Source: Eledone cirrhosa (taxonomy: Eukaryota). From it: a stretch of 64,000 nt of DNA. Position 1 is the first letter of the stretch; the number at the start of each line of letters is the position of its first letter. The stretch lies in NCBI GenBank assembly GCA_964016885.1, contig OZ024748.1, forward strand, positions 47,616,001 to 47,680,000, read 5' to 3'. This document shows, piece after piece, positions 54,753-64,000 of the stretch. The notes below the pieces were generated by a model. It did not search any database. It was not told where the DNA came from and was given only the letters and a program-made list of their open reading frames with translations. A program made the position numbers and the translations under genes.

Positions 54753-55219
54753 AGTAGAAATATAAATGTGCGTGTATGTATGTAATGTTAGCATCATCTT
54801 AAAAACAATTATGATAAATACTTTACATAGTATCTGAGTTGAAGAATCATATTTTGATAGTACATTCCATGTTTTGTTGTTATTTTGCATAGATTTTATA
54901 TCTAGATTCCCATCTGACATAAACCACTTCACACGGTGACCTGGCTTGTTTTTTATTGTGGTTCTAGACATGGAGTTGTGTCCGCAACAGAACTAAAGTA
55001 TCTCTGGTCCTTACTCCTTACATATAATCCCCTTCCTCACCAACTACTTCACAGTGTCTACTGGCTGCATTTTAGCAAAGTATCAGCGCTAGAATGGTTG
55101 TCATGTCCTTGGGAGATGGTAGCATCGATACCACTGCCAGCACCATCACCATATCAAGATCAGCAACACTACCATAATCATTCCCATCACCACATCACCA
55201 CCACTACTCATTCAACATC

Positions 55220-55690
55220 ATTCAACACCCACACCACCACACCTGACACCATTCAACACCCACGCGACCACACCCAGCACAATCTAGTACCCATACAACC
55301 ACACCACTACCCACACCAGTACCAACCATACAACCACACCACCACACCCAGCACAATCTAGTACCCATACAACCACACCACCACCCACACCAGTACCAAC
55401 CATACAACCACACCACCACACCCGACACCATTCAACACCCACATGACCACACCCAGCACAATCTAGTACCCATATAACCACACCACCACACCCAGCACAA
55501 TCTAGTACCCATACAACCACACCACCACCCACACCAGTACCAACCATACAACCACACCACCACACCCAACACCATTCAACACCCACACGACCACACCCAA
55601 CACAATCCAGTACCCATACAATCACACCACCACCCACACCATTCACCACCCATACAACCACATCACCACCCACACCACCACCTATACAAC
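55220..55690. repeat. Compound minisatellite (cacccagcacaatctagtacccatacaaccacacc units)
   Basis: Three unit types alternate. Confidence 0.85.
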
Positions 55691-56072
55691 CAGATCACCA
55701 CGATCATAACTGTAACAAAGGTTTGGTCCTAAACTCTAATTATATGGCCTTTGTCTACCCAAGGGTGGAAACACGTCTACCCTGGACTACTCTATTTGAT
55801 AGTGAATCTTTATATTGTATGTATTTGGTGTAAAATTGTTTGCATCCCCATCTTTAGAATAGGAATGCAACACTGCATCTCTGCGGTCATCTTGTGTGAA
55901 GCAGCTATTAGCATTTTCATAAGAGTATGTACCTCACCATAAAACACTGTTTCAAAATGTCACATTGAACCCATTCCAACAAGGAAGAGCATCTCTTGAA
56001 TGAGCTTCAGGTTAGTTTTTGTCTACAAATTTTCACAAACGAGGTTTTAAATCTCAGGAAGCTTACACTGAG

Positions 56073-56295
56073 CCCTCTACATGTATTCACATTATTTTAT
56101 ATATACTATTATATTTTAATGGTAAAGGCTTTACCTCACATAATTATCTCACATAATATCGAATCTATGAGATTTTGAAAGTATTTATTTTGAAAACAAT
56201 ACCTTAACATCAGTTTGAGCGACCAGTTACAGCCAGTTTCAACAGAAGGAGGTAGAGAACTCTGGCCGGTTTTGGCCGGTTTAAATAATAAAGGG
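56073..56295. mobile_element. piggyBac-type MITE, uninterrupted relative of 41907-42310
   Basis: Shared atggtaaaggcttta..ctcacataatatcgaatctatgagattttgaaa and right end taaaggg|TTAA. The left end is decayed. Confidence 0.8.
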
Positions 56296-56299
56296 TTAA

Positions 56300-56790
56300 G
56301 CATATAGAGAGGTTCAAGTATCTTTGGATCTTGGGGCTGTGTTCACGAGTGATGGAAGGCAGGAGGCTGAATTAAGTGCAAGAATTGCAGGAGCTGGTGC
56401 AGTAATACACCAGCTTCAGCATTCATTAAACACAAGAAGGGAGGTAGGCATAAAAGACATAATCGCTATCTTCAATTCTGTATTCGTGCCAACACTTACT
56501 CGATAGAGTGCATAGCTCGGAGATCAGAGAATTATTCCAGGTAGAGCCGCTACTTCTCTGAATTGAGAGATCACAGCTTCGATACTATGGTCATGTGGTT
56601 AGAATGTCTCAGGAAAGAATTGCTGGACAGATTTTATAGGCAAAAACCAATTGGCAGGAGACCCAGAGGTAGACCCTGAACAAAATCGTTTGACAACTTC
56701 CATGAGCTTGGCTGGTTTTCCTTGGAGATTAAGCTGGATCAGTTGAAGATGGTTGCTTCTGACAGGACCCGCAGGAAGAAGTTGTAGTGA
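56300..56790 (+). mobile_element. RTE-clade LINE remnant (post-RT region)
   Basis: ERFKYL, LGAVFTSDGRQEAELSARI, IFNSVFVPTLT, EPLLL*IERSQLRYYGHVVRM and GRRPRGRP. Confidence 0.85.
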
Positions 56791-57307
56791 CTTACGTTCC
56801 TTGGGTGCAATGATACATTCTCCGTGCATTATTTGGCTCAGCTCAGCCAATTGCCGCCAGTGGAGGAGAATGTATCTCTACACACCTTGCAGGAAAAATG
56901 TCCGCGTCAGCTTAAAAAAATCTCTCTCTTGCAGCTTTGACCGCGGAAAGGTAAACAACTATTTTTCTTTCGCCATGAAATCACTAGCCAATATGTAACA
57001 CAACAATATAACCATGGCCTGGCCAACACTTCAACCAGTAGACCGTGCCTTCTGAAATCTTAATTCATTTGTTTTGGCATGCCAGCCCTACTCAGCTCAA
57101 TCTTTGTAAATAAATTACATAAAAAAATTGTAAAGTCTTGTGATGTTATTAACACACCTTTCCAGTTACAACGAATACAACATCACGATAATTCTTCTTG
57201 GTGATATTACTATCATTATACATGTACCTGCTAAAAAGTGTTTGAGAACTCTGCCCCCATCACCCTGTCAGGAATAAGTGAACAAAGAAGAAGATTAATA
57301 TTTTTGA

Positions 57308-57665
57308 TAAGGTTGTGAGTTCAATTCTCAGACCGAGTGATGTGTTGTTTCCTTGAGCAAGACACTTTATTTCACATTGCTCCAGTTTACTCAGCTGTAG
57401 AAAGGAGATGATAGGACTGGGGGACACTATCATTCCACTGAAAAGTGGTCGTGGAGGTGCCATGGCAAAAAAGCACCCAGCCCACACTGTAAAGTGGATG
57501 TGTAGGCGCCACGGAAAAAAAAAGCACCCAGCACTCACTGTAAATGCGGTTGGTGTTAGGAAGGGCATCCAGCTGTAGAAATCAAGCCATAATTAGTTCC
57601 TGTCCCACCCTTGCAAGCAGGGGAAAAACAGACGTAAAATGATGATGATGATGATGATGATGATA
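57308..57665 (+). mobile_element. SINE family 2, 5'-truncated, with (ATG)n tail
   Basis: Reverse complement of most of 33195-33537. Confidence 0.9.
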
Positions 57666-58288
57666 TGGTTCTGCAAGAAATTGCCCTGTCTCTCTCATAC
57701 AAAATGTACATAATTATAATAAAAACCTTCTATAATAATCATGAAGACACGAGGATTAGTAATTAAAGTGTTGAACTCGAGATCATAAGATTATGGGTTT
57801 GATTCCTGGATACAGCAGTGTATTGTGTTCTTAAGTAAAACACTATAATTCATATTGCTCCCTCTTACAGGACAAGCAGATGGTATCAGTTACAGAAAGA
57901 CCAATGGAAACCTTGTTTCCTTGAACCAATCTGGAAAGTGATGCCTTTTCATTTTCCTTCCATCTTAATTTCATTTAAGAAACTTTTAAGTAATACTTTA
58001 TAATGAAAAAGTTTTGATGTCATTTATTAAATTCTTCCAAGTCATCGAGACACACAAGAAGTGTATTTCCTTAGGCATGCAATAGCAGAAAGATTATTAT
58101 GGCCAGCGTGTGATGGGTAAACAGCCAGAAGGAGGCACAATACCATCAATACATTTTTCAGATATCATTAATAAAAATGTGTAATGTTAAAGCTAATCAA
58201 TAGATTTGTCAGTATTGATCTCAGTTAAAACTCTCAGCTATAAATTACTTCATTCATGTCTCTACTGATATCCAGTTGTATACATACA

Positions 58289-58331
<43 letters not shown>

Positions 58332-58367
58332 GTTAGCTATATGAGAGAAAGAGAGATGCACCTGGGA

Positions 58368-58414
<47 letters not shown>

Positions 58415-58516
58415 TATATATATGTTTGTATAAGTGTGTGTATGGGACAGTAGCCAAATATGGCCAGATTTGACTTTCTTTATCACACAACACACATATA
58501 CATATATGTTTACACT

Positions 58517-58557
<41 letters not shown>

Positions 58558-59110
58558 GATGGTCGGGTCGTTGGCAACTAAACTGGCAACCCCACCAAGG
58601 TTTCCTGGTGAGGAGGGTGACTTTGGACATCCTGCAGGACTAAAAACAAAACCTGTCAAAGGGCAAAGGAGCTCTTAAGAGTCAATCGCCATCCAAAATC
58701 ACCGGGAGAGATGACCCCTTAGCCTTTGTCAAGGTAGAATTCTAGGAGAAGGAAAACTCTGATATAACACCTGCAACTCTGATGGTATCTAATGATGTTG
58801 ACTTGTTCTTCTTTTTGGTAAATATCATCTTGGTTAAGAGAGTGGGACTACTTTGTGCAGTGCCTTTGCTCACTATAAAAGCTTCACGGCACAGGCATTG
58901 CTTTATATCTGGAGATCTCTCTGCACTTGTCGTCACATGGTGCCATGGGCCCAGCGCTATGTGTCAATATTTGTCACAAGTGTAGTGTTTGTACCAGAGT
59001 TTTTAAGTTGCTGGCTGGACTAAAAAGTCACACTCGTTCAGCGCATCGGTAGGGGTTCTCCTACATGGATATAAAGTAGTGGCCGTACTCGAAAACGAGT
59101 TGGCAGCCAC
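58558..59110 (+). mobile_element. Possible RTE-type 5' UTR-derived repeat
   Basis: GC-richer block between (TA)n tracts. It contains ctaggagaaggaaaactctga, which I recall from RTE 5' regions. No ORF support. Confidence 0.35.
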
Positions 59111-59358
59111 TATATATATATGTATATATATATATATGTATGTATATGTGTATGTATATATATGTATATATATATATGTATATATATATGTATATATATA
59201 TATATGATATATATATGTATATATATATGTGTATATATGTATATATATATGATATATATGTATATATATATGTATATATATATATGATATATATATGTAT
59301 ATATATGTGTATATATGTATATATATATGATATATATATATATATATGTCTATATATA

Positions 59359-59404
<46 letters not shown>

Positions 59405-59781
59405 AGTGTAAACATATGTATATGTGTGTTGTGTGATGAAAAAAGTCATACATATATATATATACATATATATATATACATATATACATATATATATGCA
59501 AATATTCATACATACATATATACATACATATATATATACATATATATATATATGTATGTATATATTTCGATTGGAGTGTATATATTTAGGATGGTAGCCA
59601 AAGATGGTAAGTGGAATAGTAGTTTACTTTAAGATTGAACTATCTCTTTGTCTGTTTATCTAGTCTAATGGCCCCCATCCAGAACATAATAAAAACTATC
59701 ACAATATATTGTCTCTCTGTCTATGTGCTATATAATTTACAATATATATACATATGTGCTTGTATATATATATATATATAT

Positions 59782-60135
59782 CATCATCATCATCATCATC
59801 ATTTCATTTCATTTTATGTCCACTTTTCCCTGCTTGCAAGGGTGGGACGGGAACTGATTCTGGCTTGATTTCTACAGCCAGATGCCCTTCCTAACACCAA
59901 CCTCATTTACAGTGAGTTCTGGGTGCTTTTTTGCCGTGACACCTCCACGACCACTTTGCAGTGGAATGATAGGGACCCCAGTCCCTATCATCTCATTTCT
60001 ACAGCTGAGTAAACTGGAGCAATGTGAAATAAAGTGTCTTGCTCAAGGAAACAACACACCACCCGGTCTAAGAATTGAACTCACAACCTTTCGATTGCAA
60101 GGCCAATGCTCTAACCACTAAGCCATATGCCTCCA
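59782..60135 (-). mobile_element. SINE family 2, full length
   Basis: Near-identical to 33195-33537. Confidence 0.92.
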
Positions 60136-60480
60136 TATATATATATGTATATGTGTGTATGTCTGTATATATATATAATATATATAATATATATATATAT
60201 GTATATGTATATGTGTGTATATATAATATATAAAATATATATATATATATATATGTATATGTGTGTATATATATATATAATATATATAATATCATTTTCA
60301 TTTCATTTCATTTCATTTTATGTCCGCTTTTTCCCTGCTTACAATAGTGGGACGGAAACTGATTTTGGCTTGATTTCTACAGCTGGATGCCCTATATGCA
60401 TATGTATATGTGTGTGTATATATATATATAATATATATAATATATATATATATATGTATAATTGTGTATATATATATATA

Positions 60481-60688
60481 TAATTGTTTCTACTTTTGGC
60501 ACAAGGCCAGCAATTTCCCAGAGCATTACTGGTACTTTATTTTATCGACCCCGTAAGGATGAAAGGCAAAGTTAACCTCGGCGGGATTTGAGGTTAAGTT
60601 TGCCTTTCATCCTTACGGGGTCGATAAAATAAAGTACCAGTAATGCTCTGGGAAATTGCTAGCCTTGTGCCAAAAGCAGAAACAATTA
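60481..60688. mobile_element. Head-to-head palindromic pair of truncated family 1 SINEs
   Basis: Arms mirror each other around ggcgggattt. Confidence 0.9.
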
Positions 60689-60716
60689 TATATATATACA
60701 CAATTGTGTGTGTGTG

Positions 60717-60771
<55 letters not shown>

Positions 60772-61173
60772 ATAATAATAAATTTCAAGACTAAAATCCA
60801 AAGAGGGCTCGATAAGGATAAATATATATCAAATATATAAGAACCGTAGAGCATCCATCAACCATCCATAGAAAGGATGCCAAAAATGCAAGGTAGGAGC
60901 AAGATGTCAATTGTAGCCACCTTGTCTCACATTATGAAGGGACATCCAATGCATGCCAGATGGAACAATAGATATACAACAATAATGATTAAATAAATAT
61001 ATATATAAAGAGAGAGACATGCAGACAGATGGAATCTTGATTGTAGCAGGAAGCAGTTTTGGTGAAACCACATGGTGTTACACTCAAGAATTTACCCATC
61101 GCGACTCCCACCTCACTGCATCTCCCCATGCATTGATTATTCCCATGGTTAGTGGTTTCCGCAGTCTGAGACA

Positions 61174-61285
<112 letters not shown>

Positions 61286-61742
61286 AGTTGGTTGTGTAGG
61301 ATACATGGTAAAAACGCTGCCAGCCCACACTGTAAATGTGGTTGGTGTTAAGAAGGGCATCCTGCTGTAAAAAAAACCTGCCAGAGACCCTTCCACACGA
61401 GTGAGATACGGTCTCCCAACCATTCCCGCATCAAATGGAACAATACCGTCTAACCCATGCAAGCGTGGAAGATGGACATTAAATGGTGATAATGATATAT
61501 ATATATGAAAAGAGTCAGGACCCCAATGGATGAGCTCCGGCCGTTTTGACAGCTATATATTTATTTATTTATTAGAAAAAAATGGAGGAAATTTTGTTTA
61601 CATGTATTTAGTTTTTATTGTGTATCAACCTTTTACGGGCGTTTCACAGAGGATTGGCTCAGGGTCACCCGTAGAAGTTATTGATCCAACTCCATTATCC
61701 ATGTGCTCTTCAGATTGGCGATGTGACAAAACATAAAGTGTT

Positions 61743-61804
<62 letters not shown>

Positions 61805-61806
<2 letters not shown>

Positions 61807-62010
61807 CGGAGGAAATGTGGTAAGGAACCAGGTGGACCATAATGCACCAAAGTACTCAATACTTAGGGTAGTAGAGTGGGTAATAGGAACGAGTAGGATC
61901 CCGACGTCTGAGCTCAAGCCGTTTTGACGGCTAATTCTGGACTAAAAGCATTTTAGTCCAGAATTAGCCGTCGAAACGGTTTGAGCTCAGCCGTCGGGGT
62001 CCTACTCGTT

Positions 62011-62014
<4 letters not shown>
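61805..62014. mobile_element. Family A copy with a fold-back at 61884-62014
   Basis: gacggctaattctggactaaaa-gca-ttttagtccagaattagccgtcgaaacgg. Confidence 0.88.
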
Positions 62015-62061
<47 letters not shown>

Positions 62062-62206
62062 CCAAAGATTAGTATGGTTCATTGATTAATCAACAAATAC
62101 AATTTTACAATAGATTAGAAGCACTCGACAAGAGATTTTCCTGGAGTATTTAATATTATTCAAAATGTTAATAAATGAAAAATATTCTCATGATCAAAAT
62201 ATATAT

Positions 62207-62263
62207 TTTATTATACATATTTCAAAGGTACAATGGTGTTTAAGTATGTTTTCATCAGACAAA
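62207..62263 (-). ncRNA. Hammerhead motif, partly decayed
   Basis: TTTGT-CTGATGA-AAA..TAC..GTA..TTT-GAAA-TATGTA-TA-ATAAA. Confidence 0.6.
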
Positions 62264-62421
62264 ATATAAGATTTGATATGTGACATACCGCTACGGTTTT
62301 TTTTATTATTCAATTCCAATAGTGGCAGTGATTTATTTCACCAAATCTCAACGTTTTTATACCACAAATAATATGATAAACTTAAAGAAGAAAAGGACGT
62401 AGAGTAAGGTAGAGCACTTTG

Positions 62422-62460
<39 letters not shown>

Positions 62461-62910
62461 AAAATTAAACAGAAATAACAATGCAAATGACACATTACAA
62501 TGAAGAAATATATTAGTTTCATCATCATCATCATCATCATCACCGTTTTACGTCCATTCTTCCACGCTAGCATGGGTTAGACGGGTTGTCCTGTTGTGGG
62601 CAGTGTCTGGTCGGCTGACCATGCCTTGCTCATACAGGAACTGATTTGGCTTGATTTCTACAGCTGGATGCCCTTCCTAACACCAACCTCATTTACAGTG
62701 AGTGCTGGGTGCTTTTTCGTGGCGCCTACACGTCCACTTTACAGTGTGGGCTGGGTGCTTTTTTGCCGTGGCACCTCCACGGCCACCTTGCGGTGGGGGG
62801 GGGGCATATTGTCTATATGCTTCAGCTTGTACCCATGGGAGGTCGGGTAATCTGTATTACTGCGTGATGCCAGAGGTCACGGTTGTGTGTTTAATATAGT
62901 AGGATAAGTG

Positions 62911-62945
62911 TCTTAATGTTTCAGGCGCTAGTTCTTCATCAGAAA
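62911..62945 (-). ncRNA. Decayed hammerhead, relative of 35108-35143
   Basis: tt-CTGATGA-agaactagcgcct-GAAA-ca-TT-aaga. The flanks at ~62467 and ~62890 match 35030-35100 and are split by a later SINE-tail insertion. Confidence 0.5.
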
Positions 62946-63048
62946 TTAATACATTTATATAATGTGTATGTAGGCATATGATCTTGCAAGTAAGATTTAG
63001 AGTTCATGATTGGCAAGTTATGGATTTATTCCTCAAACCAAGAATAAT

Positions 63049-63420
63049 TGGTTCTACTTTTGGTACAAGGCCAGCAATTATCCCAGTCTATTACTGGTAC
63101 TAGGGCAGTGGATTGGCAGTATCAGTAGAGGGTTGGACGCCATGCTTTCCAGCATAGTTACGTCCCTTTACGATCTGAGTTCAAATCCCGCCGAGGTTGA
63201 CTTTGCCTTTCATCCTTACGGGGTCGATAAAATAAAGTACCAGTAATACACTGGATAATTGCTGGCCTTGTGCCTAAAGTAGAAACAATTACTGGTACTT
63301 TATTTTATCGACCCCGTAAGGATGAAAGGCAAAGTTGACCTCGGTGGGATTTGAACTCAGTCCATAAAGGGACGTAACTGTGCTGCAAAGCATGGTGTCA
63401 GACCCTCTACCGATACTGCC
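63049..63420. mobile_element. Family 1 SINE (+, 63102-63287) nested inside a family 1 SINE (-)
   Basis: Inner TSD attactggtact (63090-63101 and 63288-63299). Outer TSD aaaccaagaataat (63035-63048 and 63421-63434). Confidence 0.9.
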
Positions 63421-63834
63421 AAACCAAGAATAATAGTAACCTGTCTGGTGTTAATACTGCAATAAAATGTATCTAGTACATTGTGTAAAGTAGCTGCTGT
63501 AAGAAGGCTCTGGAATCAATGAGGTTATGAAGAAAACCTCGTAACTAAACAACCCTGCCTTGATATTAATGTCTGTCTATCTAACTTATATTTTTGAGTT
63601 TTGCTTTATTTGTACAAAGTTTGAGATGTAGTTGATTTATAAACTAGTTTAATAGAATCAAAACAGAAATAATTCTGTAAGACTAGTAATGAATAAGTAT
63701 AAATGTCCCACCCTTGCAAGCAGGGAAAAAGCGGACGTAAAATGAAATGATGATGATGATGATGATGATGTGTGTGTGTATATATATATATATGTGTGTA
63801 TATATATGTGTTTGTGTGTGTGTGTATATATATA

Positions 63835-63867
<33 letters not shown>

Positions 63868-63900
63868 GTGTGCATGTGTATATATATAGGTGTGTGTGTG

Positions 63901-63947
<47 letters not shown>

Positions 63948-64000
63948 GTGTGTCTGTGTATATATATATATATGTGTCTGCGCGTTTGCCTAAGTATACT

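Noticed and set aside
54828-54992. Possible minus-strand coding exon (..[24 protein letters not shown]..)
   Set aside because: Weak donor, no recognisable homology and no partner exons.
55858-56010. Possible plus-strand exon bounded by tttag and gttagt
   Set aside because: Stops in all three frames.
58560-58660. HDV-like ribozyme in a putative RTE 5' region
   Set aside because: I could not build the nested double pseudoknot with a correct G1 pair and catalytic C on either strand.

Overview
This is eukaryotic, AT-rich DNA saturated with microsatellites, with one 200-N assembly gap. The tRNA-derived SINE families resemble those I recall from octopod cephalopods (inference). I could not identify any intact host protein-coding gene. 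Nearly all ORFs in the supplied track are translations of (TA)n, (CA)n, (GA)n, (CCA)n or (GATA)n repeats. The real coding remnants all come from mobile elements: a decayed Chapaev3-type DNA transposon with a TTA target duplication, a 5'-truncated L1/Tx1-clade LINE plus several 3' fragments, Penelope-like (PLE) RT and GIY-YIG remnants, and an RTE remnant. The window also holds hAT and piggyBac-type MITEs, Helitron-like elements and several minisatellites. The most striking hidden layer is about 14 complete or near-complete type I hammerhead ribozyme motifs plus many half-motifs. They belong to several distinct short non-coding families that sit in or beside (TA)n tracts and are often arranged as fold-back palindromes. 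One lies in the 3' UTR of the PLE GIY-YIG remnant, which ties the whole set to Penelope-type retrotransposition.
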